Source of the DNA: an uncultured virus (IMG/VR IMGVR_UViG_3300010358_000002) | Lineage: Duplodnaviria > Heunggongvirae > Uroviricota > Caudoviricetes | Direction: 5' to 3' (one strand) | Length of the DNA stretch: 64,000 bases | Virus record (IMG/VR): IMGVR_UViG_3300010358_000002 | Shown here: in pieces, positions 1-8,254 of the stretch | Numbering within the stretch: the first letter of the stretch is position 1 | Layout of the letters: every line of letters begins with the position of its first letter | The notes under the pieces: generated by a model | Told to the model about the DNA's origin: nothing | The model's input: only the letters and a program-made list of their open reading frames with translations | Database searches by the model: none | Program-made: the position numbers and the translations under genes

Positions 1-1
1 G

Positions 2-652
2 ACCATCACGCAGAATACCGGGTTCTTCACCGGCCTGCCGCCTGGGACCGTTTGCACCAACAACGGAACGTGTAACAACCAACCTCAGGTCGAACTCGAC
101 AAGTCAGCGGTCTACTCCGTTGCCTCGTTGGGTTGGACGACTGGGCAGAGCGTGGGCATCGGTCTCGACACCAATGAGACCGGTTCAAACGCCGCGCTCA
201 CGTTCAACAGCCTCGTGTTGACCATCTGGAACTCCGACGCAACGCAATCTATTTCGTTCGCAGGAAGCCAGCCAGTCAACATCCCGCTTGCGTTGCTCAA
301 TCTTCAACAGGGCAACGGCAACAGCGTGTTCGACATCGGACTCGATGCTACTCAGCAAGCGCAGTTCGATGCCTTTGAACTCGCCAATGGCGGGCCAGCG
401 AACACCTTCGCCAGCTTGTCGGCGTCGTTTGGAACTGGCCTTCCGGGACAAGTCTGTCCAAGCGCGGGCTCTCTTGCAGGGTTCGCGTCTCCGGGCGGAT
501 GCTTTGCCTCCACCGACGGTCAGGAGTCGTTCCTGGCCTTCGTGCAACCGGTCCCTGGACCGATTGCTGGTGCTGGCATTCCGGGCTTGATAATGGCGGC
601 TGGTGGCATGTTCGGCCTCAACCGCTTCCGGCGTAAGCGTCGCGTAGCGTAA
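2..652 (+). CDS. PEP-CTERM-like (VPGP-type) exported/surface protein, 5' end outside window
   Basis: Frame open from position 2. Thr/Asn/Gly/Ser-rich body ending VPGPIAGAGIPGLIMAAGGMFGLNRFRRKRRVA (motif, TM helix, basic tail). Confidence 0.8.
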   Translation, partial: TITQNTGFFTGLPPGTVCTNNGTCNNQPQVELDKSAVYSVASLGWTTGQSVGIGLDTNETGSNAALTFNSLVLTIWNSDATQSISFAGSQPVNIPLALLNLQQGNGNSVFDIGLDATQQAQFDAFELANGGPANTFASLSASFGTGLPGQVCPSAGSLAGFASPGGCFASTDGQESFLAFVQPVPGPIAGAGIPGLIMAAGGMFGLNRFRRKRRVA

Positions 653-673
653 CGGGAAAACTCGCGCTCAATA

Positions 674-704
674 CCCCTCGCGTACGCGCGGGGGGCTCTT
701 TCTT
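674..704 (+). terminator. Probable intrinsic terminator
   Basis: GC hairpin cccctcgcg-ta-cgcgcggggg followed by ctctttctt. Confidence 0.5.
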
Positions 705-718
705 CAATGGAGCACAAC

Positions 719-982
719 ATGAAAACCCTGATCATAGCACTTGCACTTATGATGACGACTGCGGCAGCAGCTCAGACGGAAATGCCAAGGACCGGAGAAT
801 TCACTGATAAGGATGGCAACAAGATCGGCACCGTAACATTCTCGCAGAGGGGATGGTTTTTCCGAGATCTTAATGGAGAACTCATTGCCTTCATTACCCG
901 CGATCAAGAGGGTCGGCTCACGATGTATGATCCTAATGGCAAAGTCCTCGACCAGCTCCCCGCTAAGACGCCACAACAATGA
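719..982 (+). CDS. Small secreted protein with D-x-x-G beta-hairpin repeats
   Basis: GGAG RBS, signal peptide MKTLIIALALMMTTAAAA, repeats DKDGNKIG / RDLNGELI / RDQEGRL / YDPNGKVL. Confidence 0.7.
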   Translation: MKTLIIALALMMTTAAAAQTEMPRTGEFTDKDGNKIGTVTFSQRGWFFRDLNGELIAFITRDQEGRLTMYDPNGKVLDQLPAKTPQQ

Positions 983-1224
983 AGATACCAATCCCCAAGC
1001 AATATGACGCGGTCATGGATTGGCTCGCAGTGCATCTGTTGCCACCGGACAAGCCGACCGGACTGCGGCTATTCGGTCATAACGTCACATGGCTTGAAGT
1101 TGCAGTCACTGCATATCCAACCATAGCTGCATTCGGGCTATGGGCATGGACCGGGGAATGGTTATGGTTGCCGATGGTCGCAGGAGGTATGGCTTTCGCA
1201 ATCGTGATGATGGGCTGGAAATAG
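979..1224 (+). CDS. Hypothetical membrane protein
   Basis: ATGA overlap with upstream gene; two hydrophobic segments. Confidence 0.65.
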   Translation: MKIPIPKQYDAVMDWLAVHLLPPDKPTGLRLFGHNVTWLEVAVTAYPTIAAFGLWAWTGEWLWLPMVAGGMAFAIVMMGWK

Positions 1225-1234
1225 GAGGAACAAG

Positions 1235-1501
1235 ATGGGACGAAAGGAAGATAATACCCTGATACAGCTAATTGCTGATCGGGCTTCACGGTATTCGTTA
1301 ACTCACGGTATCCACGTAGGTCCAGAGTATATAGCCAGCGAGTTGAGAGTATGCCACGAAGAAATTTGCCCTCTCCGACTTCAAGATCTGTTAGACGCCG
1401 AGCTGCCGCATCTAATGCACGACGTCTACGGCATACATCAGCATATGGATATACTAGACGGGAGCTTCAGGGAGTGCTTCCAGCCAAGATTCGCAAGGTA
1501 A
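1235..1501 (+). CDS. Hypothetical phage protein
   Basis: AGGAGG RBS; contains HDVYGIHQH...CFQPRF. Confidence 0.7.
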   Translation: MGRKEDNTLIQLIADRASRYSLTHGIHVGPEYIASELRVCHEEICPLRLQDLLDAELPHLMHDVYGIHQHMDILDGSFRECFQPRFAR

Positions 1502-1640
1502 CGGACCCAGAAACGCACGGTCCGTAATGTATTCCCGCGGTCCGTGCGCTAGGAGCGGACGTCGTGCTCACCGCTCCAGGGGCCTCTTACGCCATCTTTG
1601 TCGCAGTAGGGTGGAGCGGGGAGGCCCCACTATTTTGAGG

Positions 1641-1669
1641 TTGCATTCGGCAATCTGTAAAGGTAAAGT
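1641..1669 (+). promoter_or_regulatory. Sigma70-type phage promoter (TGTAAAG family)
   Basis: TTGCAT-17bp-TAAAGT, directly after a hairpin/T-tract. Confidence 0.6.
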
Positions 1670-1674
1670 ACCCT

Positions 1675-1851
1675 ATGCCCAAAGTCACTTGTCCATGTTG
1701 CAAAGGTGATAAGAAACTTGTTGTATGGAGTGAGGGAAAATTACCGGGAGTGGACATACCAACAATTTTCGTAGATGAAAAGGAATGTGCTCATTGCGAA
1801 GGAACGGGGCAAGTAGACGCAGAGGTCGAGGAAAATGGTAGTAAGCTATGA
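1675..1851 (+). CDS. 58-aa DnaJ-type zinc-finger protein (not in ORF track), possibly leaderless
   Basis: Manual translation MPKVTCPCCKGDKK...ECAHCEGTGQV...; ATG lies 5 nt after the -10 box. Confidence 0.7.
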   Translation: MPKVTCPCCKGDKKLVVWSEGKLPGVDIPTIFVDEKECAHCEGTGQVDAEVEENGSKL

Positions 1852-2062
1852 TACGGCGATAGAGATACATCGGGCATTCACACGCCATTGCACCGCGAGA
1901 CAGGTGCGATTGATATTGGAGGATCTAGCAAACATACCGGGAAATAGGTCGTTTCGCGAGACGGTACTTCGGATGCAACACATCCACAGAACATGGACAG
2001 CGGGGAAAGCTGATGTTGAAAGTAATCGTGATAGCTCAAGTCCCGGAAGCTCTGATAAATGA
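1835..2062 (+). CDS. Hypothetical protein
   Basis: GAGG RBS, co-oriented in operon. Confidence 0.55.
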   Translation: MVVSYDTAIEIHRAFTRHCTARQVRLILEDLANIPGNRSFRETVLRMQHIHRTWTAGKADVESNRDSSSPGSSDK

Positions 2063-2210
2063 GTTTCTGCAAGTATTGCGAAACTTTGATGTCAAGCACC
2101 CTGGATGCCACTTTAGCATGACGATTGATGCTCCTGGCAAAAGCGTCGAGGAGATAGAGGAGATGATAGGGGTTGAACCGCCTTTGGCCTTTAGAAAGAC
2201 AATTTCCTAG
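2013..2210 (+). CDS. Hypothetical protein
   Basis: Co-oriented ORF ending just before the next promoter. Confidence 0.55.
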   Translation: MLKVIVIAQVPEALINEFLQVLRNFDVKHPGCHFSMTIDAPGKSVEEIEEMIGVEPPLAFRKTIS

Positions 2211-2239
2211 TTGCGTTCGGGCGTTCTGTAAAGTATAAT
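2211..2239 (+). promoter_or_regulatory. Sigma70-type phage promoter (TGTAAAG family)
   Basis: TTGCGT-17bp-TATAAT with TGTAAAG abutting the -10; GAAAGGAG RBS downstream. Confidence 0.75.
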
Positions 2240-2274
2240 GGTTGCATGGTGGTTAATGAAAGGAGTACAGCCCC

Positions 2275-2430
2275 ATGTCGAAAAGACGAAAACAGATTAG
2301 GCATTCTACTTATGGAAAATTACGAAAGGCGATGCGTCGCGCCGGGTTTCCAATGCCCACCAGGAAAACTGCTCAACGCAACGGTGTACTGAAGCGTACT
2401 GGATGGGGTAGCTACGAAATTATGGCTTGA
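2275..2430 (+). CDS. 51-aa basic protein (not in ORF track)
   Basis: GAAAGGAG RBS; MSKRRKQIRHSTYGKLRKAMRRAGFPMPTRK... Confidence 0.65.
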   Translation: MSKRRKQIRHSTYGKLRKAMRRAGFPMPTRKTAQRNGVLKRTGWGSYEIMA

Positions 2431-2443
2431 GTTAGTCGGTGAG

Positions 2444-2675
2444 TTGAGCATTGCCGACCAACCGCGCAGCCGAAGGTCGCGGACCAATAACATCGGCAGC
2501 TCAAGGGTAAAAGAGCGCGCTCTCATCGGGGCTGCGCTCGCTCCAAGACAGGCTGTCCCATCTGTGGTTTCCCGATAACCGGGTTCTTCTGTGGGTGTGG
2601 ATCATAGGCTTGGCCAGATTGGGCCGTGAGCCCCTACGATAGTGGGGCACCTTGCCGCGACGGAGGAGCGGCACT
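2444..2675 (+). ncRNA. Candidate structured RNA
   Basis: Nested stems ttgagc/gctcaa, tgccga/tcggca and ccgcg/cgcgg, plus further hairpins in a ~250 nt intergenic gap. Confidence 0.35.
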
Positions 2676-2690
2676 TACCGGGAGATGGAT

Positions 2691-2882
2691 ATGTGCGCGA
2701 TAAACCCTAAACGTGAACGGCACTTCACGCTATCGGTGTACACTACAATGGATATGACTGATGAGCAGTTTGATCACTTAGTCGCAACCAAGGCCGTGAT
2801 CGCGGAGGCCGAACTCAACCAAGACATGCGGCTCCGATGGCACGTGAAAGAGATGAAAAGAAGGTTACGAGTGGTAAAATGA
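2691..2882 (+). CDS. Hypothetical protein
   Basis: GGAG RBS, co-oriented. Confidence 0.55.
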   Translation: MCAINPKRERHFTLSVYTTMDMTDEQFDHLVATKAVIAEAELNQDMRLRWHVKEMKRRLRVVK

Positions 2883-3004
2883 TCGCTATCGTTGCTCCGT
2901 TTATTGTGCCATTCTTGTTGATCAGTGTTATATTAGCTGGATGCTGGTTTTATTGGCATCCGGTTTGGTGAGGGTGGGCCTGGGGTAGAGGGACAATTTC
3001 TTTA

Positions 3005-3033
3005 TTGCGTTCTGGCTTTCTGTATTGTAAAGT
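3005..3033 (+). promoter_or_regulatory. Sigma70-type phage promoter (TGTAAAG family)
   Basis: TTGCGT-17bp-TAAAGT. Confidence 0.6.
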
Positions 3034-3121
3034 AAAAATACGGCACCGTTCTTGGTCTTGGTAATAGGCCAGGGAGCATTGGGCGTCAGCTCTAGATGAC
3101 CCCATCAAGAAGGAGGGCAAT

Positions 3122-3409
3122 ATGCCCACCAATGAAGTCGAAGCCCGCCAAGGCCAGAGGATGATTGAAGTAACTGTGAGATTCTGGACGGACGATATTG
3201 CCGACCAGGATGGTCACATTATTCCCAAGCATTGCTGGTCCAGCGGAGTTGTTAGAGTGAGCCCCAACCAGTCTCACGGTATCAATGGCACAAAGCCAGT
3301 GCCGTTCAACTCACTCTCACAGATTATTACGACAATTGAAGACCTGTTCATCTCTCATGGTATAAAGGTCCGCTCTGGGCACCACGAGCGCCGGTACAGG
3401 GAGGGGTAA
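3122..3409 (+). CDS. Hypothetical protein
   Basis: AAGGAGG RBS; 95 aa. Confidence 0.75.
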   Translation: MPTNEVEARQGQRMIEVTVRFWTDDIADQDGHIIPKHCWSSGVVRVSPNQSHGINGTKPVPFNSLSQIITTIEDLFISHGIKVRSGHHERRYREG

Positions 3410-3413
3410 TCCA

Positions 3414-3662
3414 ATGGTAAATGCCTGGGAAAATCTATTCTTCGTAGCAAAGACTGCCGTTGAAAAACGGGAAGTTAGCGACGCAGATCTTATTCGGCTG
3501 TTTGAAAAGCTACAGCCAATCTTTGCGTCAGGACCAGAGGAAGACAGGATTGGCAATCATCCCACAATCGTAGATTTGAATACGCGGTGGGCGGGACGAC
3601 ACCAATACGTCATGTACAGTGGTGACCCTGATAGGCCAGAGGACGACGAAGGGGAAGAATGA
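3414..3662 (+). CDS. Hypothetical protein
   Basis: GGAGG RBS; operon position. Confidence 0.65.
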   Translation: MVNAWENLFFVAKTAVEKREVSDADLIRLFEKLQPIFASGPEEDRIGNHPTIVDLNTRWAGRHQYVMYSGDPDRPEDDEGEE

Positions 3663-3710
3663 GTAGTGGGAGGTAGCCCTCCTGAGATGCAGTCGGAAAG
3701 GAAAGTTAAG

Positions 3711-3965
3711 ATGAGTAAAGTATCAGACAAACTACGCTTCAAACGTATCATTGACAGCGCAGTGTTAGCTGCTCGCGGCGAAGGCTTGACACTCAATCTA
3801 CGGATTGGATGTTACCTGCGCGATGGACATATTGCAATTGACGCACCAAATGCGGAGGAAAATTGCCTCAACAGCAAGGACGGTTATATTGCAGTCGCAA
3901 CATTTGCTACGATCCTGCGAGCTTTGGAAAAGCGCGTGCGCAAGGAAATTAGCTTGAAGTCTTAA
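3711..3965 (+). CDS. Hypothetical protein
   Basis: AAAGGA RBS before MSKVSDK. Confidence 0.55.
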   Translation: MSKVSDKLRFKRIIDSAVLAARGEGLTLNLRIGCYLRDGHIAIDAPNAEENCLNSKDGYIAVATFATILRALEKRVRKEISLKS

Positions 3966-4520
3966 GTCGGTTCTGGGGGTATGGGCCTTGGGGTCTTTTC
4001 TTTGCCTTAATTTAGGCGTGCTGATTTGGTATAATTGTGGGAGTATAAAAGGGGAGGGGTGCATGGAGAAGGGGAAGGGGTCTACGGTGGGGCTGATATT
4101 GTCGATTCTGTTTTGTGCTAAGATCTGGGCTATTGATTTTACGAGTATGTCATTGTGGTGGGTGGCTCGGGTTCCTAAGAGGTAGGGCCTTGGTTCAACA
4201 AATCGGTTTTCGGCTCGTCAATCAAAACAGAGTTTCTCTTTCTCCATGATGGGTGATACGTATTTGAGCGCCCGGAGAGAAATGACTGCGATTTTCTGTT
4301 GAATCGCCGGCCGACCCGGCGATAAGAGAGAATCCATGTGCGACGACGAAAAAAGAGAGCGCCCGAGCCAGAGCCCGAGCGCCCAGAGAGGAGAGATGTA
4401 GGGTGCGATTAGCGATAGAGCATGACGAGGCGAACGCGCATTGCTACGCGATTGCGATAGCGACGGCCGAGAAGAAGATCGACAAAAGAGCGATACATGG
4501 GATGTGCCCTATACCTTGGA

Positions 4521-4554
4521 GGAAGGGAAAGAGGTGTGGCATTTGCGCCACACC
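4521..4554 (-). terminator. Intrinsic terminator
   Basis: Stem ggtgtggc/gccacacc followed by a pyrimidine tract on the minus strand, just after the stop at 4565. Confidence 0.7.
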
Positions 4555-4564
4555 AGATTTTGCA

Positions 4565-4948
4565 CTAGGCGACCGCCTTAGCCTTGCGAGCCTTGGGCAC
4601 GACCGGAGCCGTGGGGCGAGCGGCGGACCACCGCTTGCCATCGACCTCGATAAAGCGACCATTCCAGGCAAACAGCCAGCGGAGATGCGCCTGAACCCGG
4701 GCGGGCGACAGACCCATGAGCGACTTGCCCAGATCGATTGCCTGCTGGACCGTTTTGGCTTGCGTGAGCACTTTGGCGTAAAACTCGTTGCTTTCCGCCG
4801 CGCGCCACGGGTTAGTGGTGCCAGCAATGAGCTCGAGTTTTGCGGTAACGGGGAACGCTGGCTGAGCGCGCCATGCATCCACGTGGCCACGTTTGCCCCA
4901 CACATGAGCGGGGGAGTGCTGAACGCCGTTAGAGACTTGAGTTACCAT
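4565..4948 (-). CDS. Basic protein, divergent paralog of the NPK..TV..(D/H)xRW..FI family
   Basis: GGAG RBS before MVTQVSNG; motif NPWR...KTVQQ...AHLRWL...RFIEV; Lys/Ala-rich tail. Confidence 0.75.
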   Translation of the reverse strand: MVTQVSNGVQHSPAHVWGKRGHVDAWRAQPAFPVTAKLELIAGTTNPWRAAESNEFYAKVLTQAKTVQQAIDLGKSLMGLSPARVQAHLRWLFAWNGRFIEVDGKRWSAARPTAPVVPKARKAKAVA

Positions 4949-5099
4949 GTTAGTTACTCCAGGGCCGGTATTGGCCCGACGCTGACCGGGCGGTATGCCC
5001 AACCAACGCATGAATACTCGCACATTCTTCGGCAGAAAGCAAGTACGATTATTTCTTTTTTGCATGAAAGTGAGCAACAATATTGCGAATTATCAGCAT

Positions 5100-5440
5100 G
5101 GCTGGTATGCTGAATTGCATAGCTCGGTCGGTGTTGCTGGCACGATTTTTGCTTCAGCGTGCAGTGTTGCTGAAATGCAACTTGCGCGTGTCTGTGGCAT
5201 TTGAGTAACAGGATAGATTCTTGCAACAATGTGTCAGGCAACACGATAAGCTCAGGCCACAGTGTTGCTGAAATGATACATGTTGCACGAATACATCAGT
5301 TGCAAAATCGCATCAGTGTGGCATGACACACAGAAAGAGTCTGCAACAGTGATGCTGAAATGCAACACGAAAGAGTCTTTCAAGAAAGAAAGAATCTTTC
5401 TAGAGGACGATAGATTCTTTCTAGAGGAAAGATTCTTTCA
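5100..5440. repeat. Intergenic repeat array: 3x CAGTG(T/A)TGCTGAAATG and 3-4x palindrome AAAGA-N-TCTTT
   Basis: 16-mers at 5162, 5260 and 5347; palindromes at 5370, 5389, 5428 and a near-copy at 5410. Confidence 0.75.
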
Positions 5441-5441
5441 C

Positions 5442-5488
5442 AAAAGAAAAAAGAGAGAAAGAAGGGGAGTTTCGCTCCCCCTCTTTTT
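5442..5488 (-). terminator. Intrinsic terminator (possibly bidirectional)
   Basis: ggggag-tttcg-ctcccc flanked by A/G-rich and T tracts. Confidence 0.7.
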
Positions 5489-5676
5489 CAGGTCAGCTTC
5501 TGCTGGAAGAACTGCCGCTGGAGCTTCGCATATTTTTCTACATCATTTTGAAGCTTGGCCAGTTCCTTCTGTGCCTCAGGCGACAGAGCCTTCGTAAACG
5601 TATCGTAGTCAGTCACGGTTCGTAGGCCAAGACGCTTGGCCTTTTCGTTAAAGAAGTCTACTACCAGGGCGCTCAT
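5488..5676 (-). CDS. Small helical protein in its own transcription unit
   Basis: AGGAG RBS; TTGCTT-17bp-TACCAT promoter upstream; own terminator. Confidence 0.75.
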   Translation of the reverse strand: MSALVVDFFNEKAKRLGLRTVTDYDTFTKALSPEAQKELAKLQNDVEKYAKLQRQFFQQKLT

Positions 5677-5847
5677 TTCTAGCTCCTATGTTACCGGTTG
5701 AATTACCAGCATCATCATGGTAGCATACGGAGCTGAGGAAAGCAATAGGGAATTTGTTCGCTCACACGGGATTTCTAATCTCCATGCGAAAGAATTTGTC
5801 GCGCCCGCGATTCTGATCTTCTAGAGGGATTCTTTCTGCGGAACAAT

Positions 5848-5879
5848 GAAGGGAAAGAGGCGAGCCGAAGCCCGCCTCC
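5848..5879 (-). terminator. Intrinsic terminator
   Basis: gaggcgggc-ttcg-gctcgcctc followed by a pyrimidine tract on the minus strand. Confidence 0.75.
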
Positions 5880-5886
5880 GTCCTAG

Positions 5887-6294
5887 TTACGCGACAGTGA
5901 TAAAGCCAGCGGCCTTATCCCAGCGAACATCAGCCAGCGCCGCAGCCGGAGAACGGTTAAACTTCTCCTTGCAGAGCTCCTGGTACCGCTTGACGGTCAT
6001 CCCGTCCGTGTACAGGGCGAACCGGTCGCCAGCCTTGCTGCGAGCAGAGCTGAGCTTGGGGTTCTTGGCCTTGTGCTGCGGAGGGACAGTGATCTTGGCA
6101 TCGAGGCCGAAGCTCTTTGCCGCGATCTCCGCCTTCCACCGGCTGACTTGGGCGGACGGCGTCTTGGGAGACGACGTGCCTTCCGTGTTACCGGTTGCAG
6201 CGACTTTCTGATCTTCCACCTTGGGCGTCTCCGCCTTCGGTGCCGTGCGATCCTGGGCCTTTTGGAGGGCCGCGGATTTGGTGCTCTTTGCCAT
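5887..6294 (-). CDS. Basic protein with NPK..DRF..Y..GMTV..Y..D.RWD..FI domain (putative DNA-binding)
   Basis: GAAAGGAG RBS; TTGCAC-17bp-TAAATT promoter; clear paralog of 35943..36332. Confidence 0.85.
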   Translation of the reverse strand: MAKSTKSAALQKAQDRTAPKAETPKVEDQKVAATGNTEGTSSPKTPSAQVSRWKAEIAAKSFGLDAKITVPPQHKAKNPKLSSARSKAGDRFALYTDGMTVKRYQELCKEKFNRSPAAALADVRWDKAAGFITVA

Positions 6295-6480
6295 GATTGG
6301 GTACTCCTTTCACATGGCGGTGGCTGAGCGGTATGCCCAACCATCGAGTGCAATTTAGCTCGTTCTTTGTTCTTGTGCAATAGCGAAATTTTCCTGGGGA
6401 TAAAAAGAATTTTTCTGTATTCAACGACCTTAATAGGCGGGCACAGACATGTGCGCCCGCGCGCGCGTAAGAAAGAATCC

Positions 6481-6662
6481 TGCGTAGTTTGTGTAGTTTG
6501 TGTATAAGAAGCCTTATGCGAGCTTTATAGGCATTTCCGGTTACACATTCTGCTACACACTGATGGAAAACTACACAAAAACTCCATGACACCACGGCCC
6601 AAGCCGAAAGAATCCAGGCCCAAACCCCAAGATCAGTGTAGGTTGTGTAGTCCATGTGTAAC
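6481..6662. repeat. Cluster of ~9 TGTGTA(G/A)-like heptamers in both orientations
   Basis: Copies at ~6481, 6490, 6499, 6635, 6644, 6655 (+) and 6541, 6553, 6571 (-). Confidence 0.7.
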
Positions 6663-6841
6663 CCCTATTTTCCGCTTAATTTTCCACTAACCGCCAACTG
6701 GAAAAGAATCGCATTCGCAAGTGGTTCCATAGCATCCAAAGGAAATCTAAAGATCCTTTCATCACACCAACGAATAAAGAAATAATCCTCCTCTATCCAT
6801 GTATCCACAGATTCTGGATCTGGCATTTTCTTAATATCCAT

Positions 6842-7102
6842 CTATCCCTCCTGCTCCTTAAACAGATTCGCCTGAGTCGCCACCTCCTCTTCCATGCCCT
6901 CTTTTTCCCTCTCTTTCTGCGCCACCATATCCCTCCTTGCCTCCAATATCGTATTCCCCCATTCCTTCCATAGCACCTCCGCCTCGCTTAGTTTCATGAG
7001 AACGACACTCGTACTCTTATTAAACGTCAGCCAGCATTCCCCGTTTTCAAAGCCCATCTCGACTTGCACTCGTCCCTCATCATCATCGGCCCATGTGGTC
7101 AT
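6842..7102 (-). CDS. Hypothetical protein
   Basis: ATGA overlap with upstream gene; AGGAG RBS. Confidence 0.65.
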   Translation of the reverse strand: MTTWADDDEGRVQVEMGFENGECWLTFNKSTSVVLMKLSEAEVLWKEWGNTILEARRDMVAQKEREKEGMEEEVATQANLFKEQEG

Positions 7103-7368
7103 TGCAATCTCTCCTGGCTTTCAAAGCTATCGATGCAAACACGGAATGTTTTGTTCCATGCCTTATTCGGCTTATGATCTTTCAGGGTGTGCCACTTATC
7201 GGCCCAATCGCTACAGAATCTGATAATCTTTGCCTCTGCATCGTCTGGGATTGTTACAACCTCCCCCTCTACAGGCATTTCTATAATCTTGGCCTCGCCA
7301 GCAGCAATCGCGTTGCCGGAGATTAACCCGGCAACAACGATCGCGCATATGAACGTAATCTTCTTCAT
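7099..7368 (-). CDS. Putative secreted protein
   Basis: Signal peptide MKKITFICAIVVAGLISGNAIA. Confidence 0.65.
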   Translation of the reverse strand: MKKITFICAIVVAGLISGNAIAAGEAKIIEMPVEGEVVTIPDDAEAKIIRFCSDWADKWHTLKDHKPNKAWNKTFRVCIDSFESQERLQ

Positions 7369-7565
7369 GTGACAGGATACCGGAATGTCCGGCCCTCGCC
7401 TCCATTTAGATAATTCACCAAGGCCCTAGCCTCGTCTTCCCTGGATGTATCCTCCAGAGAAACGAATTTATAGAACGTGCCGTGGTCGTCAGCATGTGGC
7501 TCATAATACCCCACGGTATACAGCCAGTTCCCATCTTCCCTATGCTTGTGATATACGTGGATCAT
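7365..7565 (-). CDS. Hypothetical phage protein
   Basis: TGATG overlap; YTVGYY...ARALVNYLNGG. Confidence 0.65.
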   Translation of the reverse strand: MIHVYHKHREDGNWLYTVGYYEPHADDHGTFYKFVSLEDTSREDEARALVNYLNGGEGRTFRYPVT

Positions 7566-7825
7566 CACACACCATCCCTCTCCGCACGCGCGGCGGTGTG
7601 GTCTAATGTCTTGGCCCACGAATCCCAAACATTGGCGAGGGCCGTATCCTGCCAGTTGCTTGCGATATGATTTGCCTTATCAAAGCAAACATCACAGAGA
7701 ACTCCCAGCACTCCGTGCAGCCCATGGGCATCCACAAGCTTTTCTAGAGTTTCCAGGACTTCTCCAGGCATCTTTACGCTTGGCACATCTTGCCGAGCGC
7801 CCGGAATGTGATTATCAATATTCAT
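7565..7825 (-). CDS. Hypothetical protein
   Basis: GAAAGGAGC RBS; promoter at 7862-7890. Confidence 0.75.
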   Translation of the reverse strand: MNIDNHIPGARQDVPSVKMPGEVLETLEKLVDAHGLHGVLGVLCDVCFDKANHIASNWQDTALANVWDSWAKTLDHTAARAERDGV

Positions 7826-7861
7826 GGCTATGCTCCTTTCATAAGCTAGTGCCATGGTTAA

Positions 7862-7890
7862 ATTATACTTTACAGATTTGGCGATTGCAA
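7862..7890 (-). promoter_or_regulatory. Sigma70-type phage promoter (TGTAAAG family)
   Basis: TTGCAA-17bp-TATAAT with TGTAAAG before the -10. Confidence 0.75.
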
Positions 7891-7906
7891 CAGTTGATTA
7901 GTCCCT

Positions 7907-8218
7907 CTATGGTCGCCCCACCATGATCTCGTAGTTCAGTTTGTGCTCCTTCCCCTTATTGTGCTGCGCCGCACGACCACATGGAACCCAGGACCGGCAC
8001 GCCTTGCACAGATATCGAACACGATGTGGCCGTGGGCTGCGAACTCGCTTGCCCTTGTGAATATCGTACAAGCCAGCAGATGGCTCGCACATAAACATCA
8101 CATCCTCAACCACCACGGGGCCAAATCCCTCGTCTGGCAGCTTTTCTCCTGGCTTGAACCCGAGCTTGCGCATAAGCTCTGGTGAATCCAGGAAATATCC
8201 TCGTTCATTTCGTAACAT
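7907..8218 (-). CDS. Hypothetical protein with C2H2-like zinc finger
   Basis: GAAAGGAGC RBS; CKAC...QHNKGKEH. Confidence 0.7.
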   Translation of the reverse strand: MLRNERGYFLDSPELMRKLGFKPGEKLPDEGFGPVVVEDVMFMCEPSAGLYDIHKGKRVRSPRPHRVRYLCKACRSWVPCGRAAQHNKGKEHKLNYEIMVGRP

Positions 8219-8254
8219 GGCATAGCTCCTTTCATTAGCGTTGGCCATGCTGCA

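Noticed and set aside
2545..2607. Zinc-ribbon-like reading KTGCPICGFPITGFFCGCGS*
   Set aside because: There is no start codon between it and the in-frame TAA at 2488-2490. It may be chance or a gene remnant, so it is not called a CDS.
4403..5113. 236-aa + strand ORF, and 4444..4905 on the minus strand
   Set aside because: Shadow frames of the GC-rich gene 4565..4948, which has an RBS, a terminator and paralogs.
5100..5440. Possible CRISPR array
   Set aside because: Repeats are only 11-16 bp with irregular or too-long spacing, and no cas genes are present.
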